From: Torpedo marmorata
Taxonomy: Eukaryota
Length of the DNA: 64,000 nt
Assembly (NCBI GenBank): GCA_977017645.1
Contig: OZ360238.1
Location: 60,636,001 to 60,700,000, forward strand
Reading direction: 5' to 3'
Shown here: piece after piece, positions 22,955 through 37,192 of the stretch
Layout of the letters: the number at the start of each line of letters is the position of its first letter
Position numbering within the stretch: the first letter of the stretch is position 1
The notes under the pieces: model-generated
What the model saw: the letters and a program-made list of their open reading frames with translations, nothing else
Database searches by the model: none
What the model was told of the DNA's origin: nothing
Made by a program: the position numbers and the translations under genes

Positions 22955-23753
22955 CTAGAAAAAAATCACGTATTTAGTTGTATCTGCTCATGTTAAATGT
23001 ATGGACAGGGATGGATACAAGCTGTTACCCTAGAAGCATGCAACTTATTCAAGGTTACATGAAGAGCAATAATGTATGTTCATGAACTATGGACGTAAAT
23101 GTTCTGGTATAGCAAACCAACAGACAAGAGGAGAAAGTGATCTTCTCATTGAAGCAGTTAATTCTGAAAGAGGATTGCCTCCAGTGTAACACCTCTCTCC
23201 AACAATGAACTCCCTACATAATAATTTTTTTTAGAGATTTCTTCCTGTATCATATATTATTCATAATATTATCACTCCCTCTGCCCAATGTGGAACATAA
23301 ATTTAATTTCGATATTACATTACTTCATTCAACTCATGCTGACTACCTTTGAGCTGTCTCTCGTCTGGTAATGCTCACAGATTGAGTCATACAGGAAGTT
23401 TATTTTATTATCTTCCTGATCCAAACATGCAAGTCAAATTTAATGAATACCTGACAAAATGCTGTTCTCTAACATTGCAGAGAGGTCGGTAAAATTCTCC
23501 AACAAAGCACAGAGCGTCAGGTACAGCAAGCCATAAAAAACAAATTTGTACAGAGCTATGGTGAGAACAAATTTGGAATACTGTGCGGAGTTTTGATCTC
23601 TATATCTGAGGAATGATATTCTGGCCTTGGAATCAGGACAATGTAGTTTACAAAAGTGATTCCAAAGATGAGGGTCCTGTTCAATGAAGAACAACTGAAG
23701 CTTAACCTATACACAATGGGATTAAGAATGAGAGGTGATCTCATGGAGTCACA

Positions 23754-24121
23754 AGCCCCATTCACACTGGCACTTTAACCCAGTAATTAACAGCCAATCT
23801 ACCGGTTAACGTGCCAGTGTAAACGCTCGCGAACCGGCACGTAGGCGTCAAATCGCCCCGGGGATGAACCGCCTAGGGAGGATGTATCATCGCCAATTCG
23901 TTTTGAATTGGTGTACCGGTTCGCCCAGTGTGAAAGGGACAGGGGGTACTCAGGATGTCACTGGTGGAGGATAGGCGCCCCTTTGCTCTGGGATGCCGGG
24001 TGGTGAATGTGAAAGGGCGCAGAGAACCGGTTAACATTGGTCCAGTGTAAACGGCAAAAACGGCATTTTGAACCGGTTTGTTGAATCGCCAATTTACTGG
24101 TTAGCCAATGTGAAAAGGGCT
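23754..24121. mobile_element. MITE, probably PIF/Harbinger-like, inserted in a degenerate CR1 fragment
   Basis: Ends AGCCCCATTCACACTGG ... CCAATGTGAAAAGGGCT; internal GTGT(G/A)AA motifs; termini related to 7990-8345. Confidence 0.65.
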
Positions 24122-24353
24122 ACTGATTCTGAGGGGGACTAACAGAGTCGATGCTGAGGGGCTGTTTCATCCATCTCGAGAATCTAGAACAAGAGAGCAT
24201 ATTTCTGATGTTTAGCCATCAAGCTGGAACAGTAGCACTATTTCTCTCTCCACTGATGTTGAGTATTTTAAATCAGCATCAGGATTACTTTTATAATTTA
24301 TATTTAATTTACATCTTCAATTTAATTTTAAAAATAAGTCATTTTTCTTTTAC

Positions 24354-24497
24354 CTGTGCTTCGCTTTTTAGATCTCCAAATTCCTGCATGAATGTATTTT
24401 CTGATGAGAATCGCTGAGGCTCCAGGAAGTGAAGTAAGCTGAACAACTCCTCCACTGTGTTCTGCAATGGAGTTCCCGTAAGAAGCACCTTATGTTC
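24354..24497 (-). CDS. CHD9: CHD9 exon (144 nt): [27 protein letters not shown]...FGDLKSEAQ (motif III)
   Basis: Manual translation of the minus strand; AG/GT boundaries; not in the ORF track. Confidence 0.95.
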
Positions 24498-25100
24498 CTA
24501 AATTGAAATGGAAGGGTTTGTACTTTATCATCAAGTTTCATTCGTCACTTATCAGGAAAATCAAATCAAATCCAGCTTCATCCTTTCTTCATGCTTTTGT
24601 TTTGAGTTAGAAACTTACAACCAGTTCACAGAGAAGGAAGGATAAGAAGGATCTTTTCAGAAGAATAATGCTACTTTTGATCTTGACACATTGATTTGAT
24701 CAGTATGATCCTAACAATGCAATTTGGTGGGTCTAAAACTTTAGTTCTTCTGTCATCAAGATCATGCATTCAAAATTAATGAACCAAATTATCCAAACTG
24801 ATTCAGTCACCAAAGAAAATATACAGTGACAGCAATCAATGATTTAATAAATATATTCTGTCAGTCCCTTTTATGCATCTAAACTATCTTTAAATGCTAT
24901 ATCAATACTAATAAACAAGTAAATAAATAAACTCTAAGCATCCACTTGAATATCTTAATCTCAGTATTGGATACAAAAAGACAAAAATCCCACTGATCTA
25001 ATTTGCCCCAGACCTGGATCAGTGTTACGTTTGCATTGATTCGATTTCATCATTATCATCAACAGTGTTCCACAATTTTCCACCAATATTATTAACACAC

Positions 25101-25277
25101 CAGATTCATGATTTTCAGTCCTTCCAGTAGTTTACAGTTTTTATTTTTCAGTCTGTGAGCCTCATCAATAATCACACAACGCCAATCAATTACGTTCAGC
25201 TCTGGACAGCCACCCAGGATCATCTCAAAAGTTGTTATCATGGCATTAAATCTGTATGTTCCTCGAACGATCCGGCC
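25101..25277 (-). CDS. CHD9: CHD9 exon (177 nt): [24 protein letters not shown]...[24 protein letters not shown] (Walker B, DEAH)
   Basis: Manual translation; AG/GT boundaries. Confidence 0.95.
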
Positions 25278-28200
25278 CTGGGGATTAAATGCAAAACGTT
25301 AAAATCATGAGAAGATCTACATCCTGTTTTCACAATAAGAGTTCTCTCATACAAACTTGCCAAAATTATAATTGAATTCACCATTGGCCTGAGTAATTAT
25401 TTTATCTTCCTCAGGAAAGGATAAAGTGACAGTGAGCTGTCCAAAATAAAGGTTTGAAACCAATGAAAAGCCTTTGAAGAATTATATTAATTGGGCATCA
25501 AATGAAAATACAGACAAATCCAAAAGGAAAATTTAAATGAATTTAACAATGTCAGGTCATTGCTATCTCTGTTCATCTCAGAACTGTCTAGTTCCAGTGC
25601 AGATTTTCTGTCTGTGATATTCACTACCGTATTTTTTTTCTCTCTCCATTCACACTGCCAGATCTGCTGGGTAGTTCTTACATTTCTGACTTGCATTTTA
25701 AATCTCACTCTAATTTCCCTCATGAACCAGATGGCTTGATTTAAGCTTCTGACCACAGCAATCCTAGCCACATCCTTTCAGAAAATTTGCCATTTTATCA
25801 TCCCACCCTAAACCCTTTGCAACATAAAACTAACTTATTTTCTCTCTTTCCCAGTTTTGATGAGGGGTCTCCAATCTGTAACTTTAAATTTTTCTTATTC
25901 CTACAGATGCTGCCCGTCTTTCTGAGTGTTTCTGGCATTTTTTGTCTTATTTCTAATTTTCACCATTAAACCCTTCAGAAGAATGACTAGAGAATAGTGC
26001 TACATGCTATTACATTGCAGCTTCAATTGCAATGACAAAAACTATGAAATGTTCAATTTATTTTTTACATATTTTCTAACAATAAATGTCAATTAAAATT
26101 CTGATGGCAAAGACCTTTACTGCTCTTATATTTGTGAATTTGGTGCTCAATTTATTAATAACTGAAGAACAATAGAAGCTTTTCCACTTTTCTGTCTACA
26201 ATGTCAGCTAAAAGTGTGGATCACCTGTTGAGTAAATTTCCCTCTCTCCTGGTTCAACCACAGCTATTGCAATCCTACAATGAACAGTTGCAAGTGTATA
26301 GAGGTTGAAACAAAAGCCAAAAGAAAATTGAGTTTCAAGAGAATATCACCAAAATGATATACTGTGCACACGTGTCTGAAATCCTGGCTAGGTATTTTTG
26401 AATCACTGTCACTATTGATCCACTGTTGCAGAGGATATTTTTCCAATTTTGAATCCACAAGTATGCACAAAAAGATGCCTTCTGTCATCCAGCCACAGTA
26501 GCAGTGTTGAGTATGGAATCAGCTTGATAGTAGCTGTCACTCTAATATTGTCACTGAATTACTGAAATTGTGATTTGTTATTCCAGTTACTCAAAACTGG
26601 GATAAGACTAATCAATCTCATTTCAGTCATCCAAGATGGCCAACTTATCTAATCGGATGACCAAAATGTAAAGCAGGTTCCAGGGGTTACTGGCCAAAAA
26701 TTGCTGAAAAATGACAGTGAGACTGATAGGTCATATTATAACTCATGAGAAAATGCCATAGCATTTGATTCTGAAGGATTGAAAATAAAATTTAAATGTT
26801 GCTGTGGAAGTCCAGTGGTTCTCTGATGTTGCTGCTTGATTAATAACGATGAAGTTACCATTCAACCTTCTGATTATAATAGTTGGAAATCATTTTAGAA
26901 TAGCTATATGTTTTGAAACTGTTATTCTTTGCTCCCTTTTATCTCCCTCTCAATCAATCTTTCTTTTCATATTTTTTCTCTGTATCAATAGACACAAGAT
27001 TTACCATTCTAAATTACATAATACTCGGTATTGCGCTGTTTCTTCTGTAGTAGTTGGCAACATGCCCTTTCCATATTTCATTTAAATCAACTTGCAAGAT
27101 TCAAGATTCCATTTATTGTCATGTACAAAAAATAATTTTCCTCAGTTTTCCCTGCAAAAGCACACAAAGAGGCTCTATTAATCCAACACCAGTATCAAGA
27201 CAAGAGAAGCAAAATAGATCCCTCAGAGACAAAGTGTCATTGGATCCCGCCACCTCCTCCCATTCTGCTGCCTCCCGCGCCCCCATAACCTACGTAGCCG
27301 TGCGGCTTCCTGCCTGGTTCATCGGCACCCTCACAAATCCTGGACCCAAAATCTGGTTCCCAGAAGCCGGTTACTAGCAGCCTGCGGCCTGATGGGAGGC
27401 CTTTGGCAGCCAAGCCTTGCACTGGTCCACTGCTGTAGTTTCCTAGCCTGCTAAGTACATTCCTAAGCTTTTCCTTGTCAGAGGGTTGGGGAGGGTGTTC
27501 TTCTGCTCTGGTGCAAAGATTTTTAATAAAGGCCAAAAAGAGCAGAAAACTGCTGGACTCCACAACAAATTTTGAACTTTATTTTTAATCAATCCAGAGC
27601 ATCAAAACTGTACTGTCAATGTCTCCATCACTAGTTGAATTATCATAATATTGTTTCACCCCAAGTTCATTTTTTTTCAAAATTGTCTCCAGAACTGAAA
27701 AGTCTCACAACAGCGCATGTCTATTACCAATGGTTGTTAATTAGAATGCTCACAATTGTCACACAGGTTAATTGACAATTGTAAATTGCCCATCATGCAG
27801 GAGGTGGCATAAGAATTGTTGGGATGTGATGATGTGAACATGGGAGAAAAATAACTGGGGTTAGTGTTGATGGGTGCTTGACAGTTCGTGTCGATACAAT
27901 GGGTCAAATGTCCTGTTTCCATATTGCATCAATGATGGGAATGCTTATTTGTTTGCTCCTGTAAATGATAGCCAGATCAATGTGACACTGGTCAGCTTTA
28001 TTCGCCCAATGAACAAGTGAACAGTGAACAACTTGAATTCAATCCCAGACATCATTCTTAAGATGAGAAGGATTGCTTCAAGGGCTGTGTGCTTTGCATG
28101 GATTTTCATGGCATTATCTGTGATATCATTCAGGTGACAGTTTGAAGATTGTGCACGTTATCAGCTTGAGGCATTGTGATACTGTGCTAACATGCGAGTT

Positions 28201-29112
28201 TTTTTTGCCACAGCAACAATTCATACGACTGGCCTGTAAAGTCCTTTGATTTCAATACAGAGAAAATTGGTTGTGTGACGACACTTCAGGAGAATTACCC
28301 CTGATGTTAATTTATAGGCACATTGCTTTATATAGAACATTACAGCACAGTACAAACCATTCGGCCCACAATATTGTGCCGACCTATGGAAATCTACTCC
28401 ACAATCTAATCCTTCCCTATTTCACACCCATAACCCTCTATTTTTCTTGCATCCACGTACTGATCTGTCTGATGAATGTCCCAATTGTTCCAGCCTCCAC
28501 CACCACCCCAAGCAATGCATTCCCGGCACCCACTACTCTCTGTGTAAAAAAACCTATCTCTGACGTCTCCCCTAAACTTTCTCCTACTTATCTTAAACAG
28601 ATATCCTCTGGTGTTTGCCCCAGGTAAAAGATGCTGGCTTTTTTAAATGAAAAATGTGCCCAAAGATTCTCCCGCACCTCCCAGGAAAGGGCAGGCTGTC
28701 CTTGGTAATACCCCTCCCCATTCAGGTTCAGCTCCTCGGAGGCCAATTGGTGTCGGTATCACAGCACGGGCAGGCCTCTTGAAACTGGTGGGATCACCGC
28801 ATAGTCTCATCCTCTCCATCCATTCCCACCCATCGAGAGGGGCTGGAGCAGGCACACTGGTGTGGGATTCCTGGAAATTCGCTAACAGGAGCCCCTCGCC
28901 TTGTCTCCAGCAGCTGGGGAAGGTGATTGGGGGTGAGCTCCACAAATGATGAAAGGCCATGTAAATTCACCAATGCCTCAGCACACCCAGAGCACTGATG
29001 AGCAGCAGTGGACCCAGACCTCTGCATTGTTCCTCCCATAACCCCTGAGCATGTTCTTTAGCATAAAAGGAGCCAAGGTCCTTTATATGTTTGGCTGAAA
29101 CCATGATACAGG

Positions 29113-31740
29113 TCAGAATCAGAATTTATTGTTATAAACAAGTCATGAAATTCGGTGTTTTGCGGCAGCATCATAGTGCAATTAACATTCATATTATAAC
29201 CATCTTACGACAGGTAGACAAAAATTAAAGAATTTCATGTATGTTACATTCTAAATGTAGTATTACGTGACAATAATGGAACCTTTACCTTTACTTTTTA
29301 CTATAAAAAATTAGAAATAATATTGCACGAAAAGTAAGGCAGTGTCTTTGGTTCATTGGTTATTCAGGAATCTGATGGCAGCGGGGAAGAAGCTGTCCTT
29401 ATGCCGTTGAGTGCTCGTCTTTAGGCTCCTGTGCATTTTTCCTGATGGTAGTAGAGTGAAGAGGGCATGGCCTGAGTGGTGGGGGACTTTGAAGATAGAA
29501 GCTGCTTTTTTAAGGCACCACCTCATGTAGATGTCCTTGATGGAGTGAAGTTTTGTGCCTGTGATGTCACAGGCCGAGTTAACAACCCTCTGGAGTTTAC
29601 TCTTGTCCTGAGAGTTGGCGCCTCCATACCAGGCAGTGATGCAACCAGCCAGAATGCTCTCCACGGTACACCTGTAGAAGTTTACGAGAGTCTTCGGTGA
29701 CATACCGAATCTCCGCAGACACCTCACAAAGTATAGCCGCTGATGAGCCTTCTTTGTGATTGCATCAACGTGGATGCTCCAGGACAGATCCTCGGAGATG
29801 TTGACACCCAGGAATTTGAAGTTCTTGACCCTCTCCACTATTGAGCCCTCGATGAGGACTGGGTTGTGTTCCCCTGACTTCCTCCTGAAGTCCACAATCA
29901 TCTCCTTGGTTTTGCTGACGTTGAGCTCAAGGTTGTTGTCGTTACACCATTCAATGAGCTGATCTATCTCCCTCCTGTACGCTTCCTCATTGCTGTTTGT
30001 GATTCTGCCGACAACTATGGTGTCATCGGCAAACTAGTAGATGGCATTGGAATTGTGCCTGGCCACACATTCATGGGTGTATAACGAGTAGAGCAGTGGA
30101 CTAAGCACGCATCCTTGGGGTGCACCTGTGTTGATAATCAGTGAGGAGGAGATGTTGTTTCCAATTCGTACTGACTGTGGTCTTCCGATGAGAAAGTCAA
30201 GGATCCAGTTGCAGAGTGGGGTACAGAGGCCTAGAGTTTGTAGCTTCTTGACTAGCACTGAGGGAATAATGGTATTGAAGGCCGAGCTGTAGTCGATGAA
30301 GAGCAGCCGTATGAATCGTTGTTTTCGAGGTGATTCAGAGCTGAGTGGAGAGCCAGCGATATTGCATCTGCTGTGACGATAGGCGAATTGCAGTGGATCC
30401 AGATCTTTGCTTAGGTACGTGTTAATTCTGGCCATGACCAGCCTCTCAAAGCATTTCATCACAGTAGAAGTTAGTGGTACTGGGCGGTAGTCGTTGAGAC
30501 AGCCCATGCTACTCTTCTTGGGTACTGGGATGATTGATGCCCTTTTGAAGCAGGTGGGAAACTCTGACTGCCGCAATGAGAGGTTGAAAATGTCCGTGAA
30601 CACTCCGGCTAGTTGGTTGGCGCAGATTTTCAGTACCCTGCCAGGTACGCCGTCAGGGCCTGACGCCTTGCGAGGGTTCACCCTCTTGAATGATGTTCTG
30701 ACGTCGCCCTCAGAGACAGATATCACAGGGTCCTCAGCCTTTTCAGGGATTCTAGTAAGCACTGTTTGGTTCTTCTTCTCAAAGCGGGCATAGAAGGTGT
30801 TCAGCTCATCGGGTAGTGAAGCATCACAGCCGTCTATAGTGTTTGCCCTCGCTTTGTAGGCTGTAATGGCCTGCACTCCCTGCCATACTGGCGTGTATCT
30901 GTCTCTGTCTCTAGCTTCCTCCGGAATTGCCACTTTGCTTCAGAGATGGCCTTCTGCAGGTCATGCCTGGACTTCTTGTAATGATCCCGGTCCCCGGCCT
31001 TAAATGCCCTTGTTCTCTGATTCATCCAGGGCTTCTGGTTGAGGAACACCCGGTATTTGCGCATGGGCACACACTCATCCACGCATGTCTTGATGAAGTC
31101 GGTGACACCTGTTGCATAATCATTCAGGTCTATGGATGAGTGCTTGAATATGTTCCAGTCCACCGATTCAAAGCAGTCCTGCAGACGCTCCTCCGCCCCC
31201 CTCGACTATACTTTCGCCGTCCTCAACACTGGTGCTGTGGTCTTCAGTCTCTGCTTGTACGCCAGGAGTAGAAGTACAGCCAGGTGATCAGACCTGCCGA
31301 AGTGCGGTCGTGGTATGGCTCAGTATGCGTTCTTCACGGTGGTGTAGCAGTGGTCGAGTGTGTTGGTTCCCCTGGTCTCGCATGTGATGCGTTGGTGGTA
31401 GTTTGTCAGTGACTTCTTCAGATTGACCTGATTGAAGTCTCCCACAATGATCGGGAAGGCATCAGGATGTGCTGTCTCATGGCTGTTTATCACAGTGCTC
31501 AGTCCCTCCAGTGCCAGCCTGACGTTAGCCTGGGGCGGAATGTACACTGCGACCAGGATGATGGCGGTGAACTCCCTTGGCAGGTAGAATGGGCGACACT
31601 TGATCGCCAGATGTTCCAGGTTGGGGGAGCAGGACTGGGACATGACTGTCACGTCTGTGCACCACGATGAATTGATGATGACACAAACGCCACCTCCCCT
31701 GGTTTTTCCAGACGTCGGTGTTCGGTCAGCGCGGTGGAGG
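29113..31740 (-). mobile_element. Rex-Babar LINE, APE plus RT, 5'-truncated, few frameshifts
   Basis: CRPFYLPREF..VYIPP..GDFN..LDHCY; NDYRPV..MKCFERLV; [11 protein letters not shown]; GAPQGCVLSP; tail AATAAATTCTGATTCTGA. Confidence 0.92.
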
Positions 31741-32369
31741 TCACAGGATACTCAGCTATGCATGCAGCAATTCCGCAGAAACAGTTAATATTTCAGATCG
31801 ATGACCTTCCATCATAACTGTGTTTCTCTTTCCACAGATGCTGCCCAACGTGCTGAGTATTTGCAGCATCTGATTTTATTTTAGTTTTTGAGGATATGCA
31901 GGTTTATTCAGTAACTGAACACATCCGATTGGATTTTAAAGTGTTGAAACAAACTAATCTCTTAAAATTAACTCATTTAACACATGAAAATGCCTGGAAC
32001 AATGAGCTGTACATTCAGTGCAGTAGGTTGGTCTGACATTGAACTGTTTATAGCATTGAGCCAAAACCTCAAAGAAGAATTTGTTATTAAGATCAGGCTC
32101 ACAAAAACATATGAAATGTTAACTTTCAGCAAGGTCTTCATTTCGCCACCAAATGTTGGAAGAGATGAATATTTTTTAATAGTGCATTATTAGATGTTTT
32201 CTTAGCCAAGTTCGTTTTCAATTGAAGTTCAAAGGCACTGAAATGATTCCAATGGTGATGAATCATTAAAGACAATCACCCAAGTCAAACAAAAACAAAA
32301 ATAACATGAAAAACTTGACTCTCTAGTTAGTCTAAAAGCAGCTGATTTTTTTAGATGAAAAGATTGTAC

Positions 32370-32613
32370 CTCTGAGTCCCGGAAGTACATTTCATACTGT
32401 TGAATCATTTGTCTACTGATCATACTGCCATGATAAACAATGACGTTCAGGTCTGTCCACGTGCGAAATTCTCTTTCCCAGTTTGCAATTGTAGACAAAG
32501 GCGCAATGATGAGGAAAGGACCATTTAAGCCAGTGAGAGAGATTTCATCAAGAAATGTAATAGATTGGATGGTCTTGCCCAAACCCATTTCATCAGCAAG
32601 AATGCAGTTTTGC
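32370..32613 (-). CDS. CHD9: CHD9 exon (244 nt): [17 protein letters not shown]...[11 protein letters not shown] (Walker A)
   Basis: ORF 32229-32588; AG at 32615-14, GT at 32369-68. Confidence 0.95.
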
Positions 32614-34597
32614 CTGGAATTGAAAAATAGTTACATTTATAATTGGGTCTTACACATCATATAATATTTTAGCTTTTATGTAATATGAGATGTGGTGAGG
32701 GTTATTTGCAAAAGAGAACTTTCTTCATGTCTATATTATATACAGTGCTGTTTATCAAAAGGAATTTATATCCTCATAACGTGCATGTTTCATGTTAAAT
32801 ATAAACAATAAACATTGTGGCATGGAGACTTCCAGTAAATTTTGAAGTAAAAGATGTATCGAGTTTGGGAAAGATTGCTTTATGAGGCTCATTTTCAGAT
32901 TGTGGAAATATTTGAATTGAGCAGTAAGAGCTTCAATGAGACACTACAGTCTGGATTTTATTATTATAGTAATTGTGACTTTTTGCCATCATGCTGAAAC
33001 CAACACCACTATTTAATTTTTTTGTGAATGCACATTTTAACATGGAAATCCCAAAGTTACTTTCAGTGCTTTAGCCATCTGCCTCAGACCACAGCATTGT
33101 GTAGCCTCTTCATAGAAACTAAGGGAAAACAGCTACATTGACAAGAATTTATAAACTCGTCTATTCATATAAGATAAAAGTTTATTTATGAAGGCATAAG
33201 GCCTTAATCATCGCACTGCAACTATCTGATTCCCCCCACCAAAAAAAAATTGAATAACATGAATTATAATTCTATTAGATAAGTATTTCACAAAATTATA
33301 GATTTTAAAATAAAAATAGTTGAACTATAAATAATTCATGATATTTTAAATTCTATTTTAATAATAAGTGTAAGGCATGAGCTAAGTGATTGTTTTTCTC
33401 CTGGCATTATGCTTGTAAAATCTTTGATGTGATATCTGATGAGCTAGTTTGATATCCTGGCTGCTAGATTATAGGGCTAACCTTGACCCAAGCCTGTGCT
33501 TTCTTTCACATTATTTGCACCACTGACTGCAAAATCCAGGCCATTAAAGCAAGATGATGAGCAAGAAACTAAGCACAGAACAACAATGTAGAATATAGAA
33601 TGTTCAATATAGAATTTGTAGAATTATGCAACTTACTTAAACCATTTTTATTAAAAAATGCCAAAGGTTTAATTACAAGGAAGGAAAAAAGGACAATGCT
33701 TCCTGAACTCTGAAAATGGAAGAATATTCACCTAACATTTCAGTGTACATTATTTAACCTGTTTTGTTGCATTCCATGATTAAGAATTATTTTTGGAGAG
33801 TGCGACAATATCAGAGCCATTGTATTCTTTTTTAGTATCTTTGCCTGCACAGTCTTTAATTATTGGTTCATTTTTTAAACCAAATAATCATGCTCCTTCT
33901 TTCTGGGATCTCATTTCATAATCGGCAATCGGAAAATACTGAATATAATATAGCTTTCATTTCAACTGAGGTTGCCAGCACTTTTGGGCAAATATTTTTT
34001 CACTGAAAGACATTTGCAATGTGTACAAATATTTAGCTTTCAAGCATATGAAATAACAAATTGTAGTGATTCAATATGACAAATAACAGTCTGCACAAGA
34101 CCAGAGCAGGAGCAATTCCAATGAGAAAATCTAGTTGTAGAAAATCTCTGTTACAAATTAAAATAATTATACAATGGCTTTGTGGTTGATTACTGAACAC
34201 AGCTGGAGTTTGGACTACTGATGTGCAGACACAAATTTAATTCCCACCATGGTAGCCAAGAAACTCAAATTCAAGAAATTAAATTAGTTCAGAATTAAAA
34301 GAAAAGGCTTGCCTATTAAGAGTAAACATGAACCCCAGTTTGTTGTAAAAATCCATTTCATTCACTCATGACCTTCAAGGAATGAAATTTATCATCTTTA
34401 ATCAGTTTACTGTACAAGCAAGTCCAGACTAAACAATGTGGTTGTCTCTTTAACAGTCTCCTAAATTCAAGGATGGACAATAAATGCTAGCATTATCAAG
34501 CATCCAGATCCCACAAAAAAAATCTATCTATTCCAATATTAAGAATCACAGCTTTAGTCACAATTACAAGCTCACATTCTTCAGATTATGAATTTAC

Positions 34598-34719
34598 CTG
34601 TTATACCAATTGAACAAGAGCCAATTAACTCCTTCCAACTGGTACTCCCTGAGCTCATTACCAATCTTGTATTCTCTGGATTTTTCAAGTTTCTTCCAAA
34701 CAGTGGGAGGAGGCCGCTC
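34598..34719 (-). CDS. CHD9: CHD9 exon (122 nt): [40 protein letters not shown] (Q motif)
   Basis: Manual translation; AG/GT boundaries. Confidence 0.95.
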
Positions 34720-35382
34720 CTTTGTTAAGTTGTATCAAAATAAAGCAAAAATAACAAAACGGATGAGCATCAAGAAATAAACTCTTAAGGTCACTATTTA
34801 GTATTACCTTTTTTAATAGTACCCCAATGTTCTTAGGAATTATATAATTTACTGTTAACCTGTTAAAATTTGGAATAAAAATGCTCAGTTATATCCATAT
34901 ATCTGAAACACGAAAGTCTGCACGCTGTGATTGTAGTCAAAACACGGAAATGCTGGAGGAACTCAGTTGGTCTCAAAGTGTCACGACACTGCGAGACCGA
35001 CTAAGTTCCTCCACGATATTCAAATACCTAATCAAAAGGGCAACCCAAAACTTTGTGCAATTATTTGATTTTAACTGTTGCAGATGCTTTTTAAAGATTC
35101 ACTAAACATTTGAGTAAGTGGTATCACCACCCATCCTGGGAACTATTAATTATTTTCCACACTCCTCAGTTTCTACACTAAATCCTCAACCTCTGAGTTA
35201 GAGGCCAGAATCTTACCACACAGCTGACATATTACTGAGATTTTGTATGCAATACTAGAATTATTTGCAATCTTTAAAAATAATGAGAGGTATATGGGTA
35301 ATACAAAGTTTCAGCAAGGATTTTGACATTGAAATTTTTAGCATTAAGTAAACAGCATCATAGTCACATATTGTTTACTTAC

Positions 35383-35520
35383 CACGCGCTTTAGGGAAGG
35401 CTTTGCTTGTTGCAGTCGTTCAAACTCCTCAATTTTTGCTTGATCTACATCTTCTCTAAGCTCCCAGGTACTATCCTCATATGGCAGTGAGCACCATTTA
35501 ACCAAATAGTAAACAACAGC
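35383..35520 (-). CDS. CHD9: CHD9 exon (138 nt): [26 protein letters not shown]... (chromodomain 2)
   Basis: ORF 35344-35526; AG / GTAAGT boundaries. Confidence 0.95.
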
Positions 35521-36067
35521 CTGCATTAAAGTAACAATGTGCTCAGAAAGTTTATCTGCTAAAGATGTTAGAGTATTTTGAGAAATCCATTAAATACTTA
35601 AGCTCATTCTGAACAATTCCGCTGTAAAGAACTGGAGTTTCAAGTAGAATATACTAAATTCTGCTGCTATAGGAACATACAACATTACAGCACAGTACAG
35701 GCCCTTTAGCCCATGATGATGTGCCACCCTCTGTGAATTTACTCCACAACAATAGAATTTTTGCCCTACCTCACACTCATAACCCTCCCTTTTACTTAGT
35801 TACATTCTAATTCTTTTTTGTCCAATCTACATTCTGATTTTCAACCAATTTCAAGTGCAGGAGAGCCCCTATAAATGGAAAAAAAAAATTTGATCTGCAA
35901 TGATGCTTGCAGGTGAAATGACTATGTTCCAAGATACTATTTCAGCAAAACAGATACCAAGCCATAACTGGTATCAGTAAAAATCAGTAACTTGCACGCA
36001 AGATTAGAGAATTTCCATGTTGCAAAGCATGATTTTTATGGAATGATCAATAAGATTACACTAATAC

Positions 36068-36154
36068 CTCGCCTGTGTCTGTGTCCTCACAGCAGGAGTG
36101 CTCCAAAATTCTATCTACTTCAACGTAGTCTGGATTGAACGGCTCGTCGTCCAT
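36068..36154 (-). CDS. CHD9: CHD9 exon (87 nt): MDDEPFNPDYVEVDRILEHSCCEDTDTGE
   Basis: Manual translation; AG/GT boundaries. Confidence 0.95.
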
Positions 36155-36345
36155 CTGTTAACAGTTTTATGATGGAAGCAAAAAATGATAGATAGCTCAG
36201 AAATGGTGTACTTTACATTAACTATGAAACATAATTAGCTTTCTTCTCCAATTTTTAATCTATTAGACACAATTACATACAGAGTACATCTTGCTCTACT
36301 GTACACGTCTCACAAATTACCAATAACTAGAATTAACAATATTAA

Positions 36346-37192
36346 TTCAAGATTCAATTCAATTTATTGTCACAGCAATAAGACAGTGTCATATACCATG
36401 AAATTTCTTTTTGCCTGCTGCAAGGCAGACAGATTCGCCATCGGCAGAAATTGCCTAAGCGCCTCTAACATTCCTTACAGTCAGAGAAAGAGAAGCAAAA
36501 GAGAATCCCCCCAGAGTCACCGAGTGTCCATAGATTCGCCTCCAGCGCTTCCGCAGCCACACAGAGTCCAGTCCAAACGATCGGCATCCCGAGCTCCAGT
36601 TCCAAACCTCCAACACGGTCAGGGCGCCCTCGGCACCCCCTCACATCCCGGTTCCGATGCCTGGTACTCCTCCAGCCAGTTCGAGCCAACCTCCAGCAGT
36701 CCGCAGCCCGTCGTGTGTCCCCCGACAGCAGTCTCCAGCAGCCCACAGCCTCCGTGGGTTCCTCACCTCGAATCGCCAGCAGCCCGCCGCATGCACTGGT
36801 CCTTCAGCCTCAGAGCCCCTCACCGGTCCGCCGCTGTGCTCACCGTCCCGTGGGTCGTCTCCTTCGCTTCTCCTTCTCAGACGGGGGTGATCTTCCCGTC
36901 CACTGGTGCCCTGCTCCAGTCCCCCGCTTCCCTGGAGTCTGCAGCCCCTCGTGACTGCTGCCGATTAATATGCGCTGCCATCTTGGGCGCAGACCCCGCG
37001 GTCGCGGGATCGCAAATAAAACCACCGTCGGCTCCTTTAACGGGCCGTTCAAAGCCCGTGCGGAACTGACGGCAGTCGGCTGGGCGGCTGGATCCTGCGG
37101 GAGCGCTGTATCTCCGCTCCCACGCTCCTCGCGAGTCCGCACCAGCGGCAGCGCTGCCGCTACAGCGGCTCCGGCAGCGCCGCCATCTTCTC
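36346..37192 (-). mobile_element. Second, slightly longer copy of the GC-rich non-coding retroposon
   Basis: Inverted homolog of 10853-11644; 5' end begins GAAGATGGCGGCGC. Confidence 0.8.
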
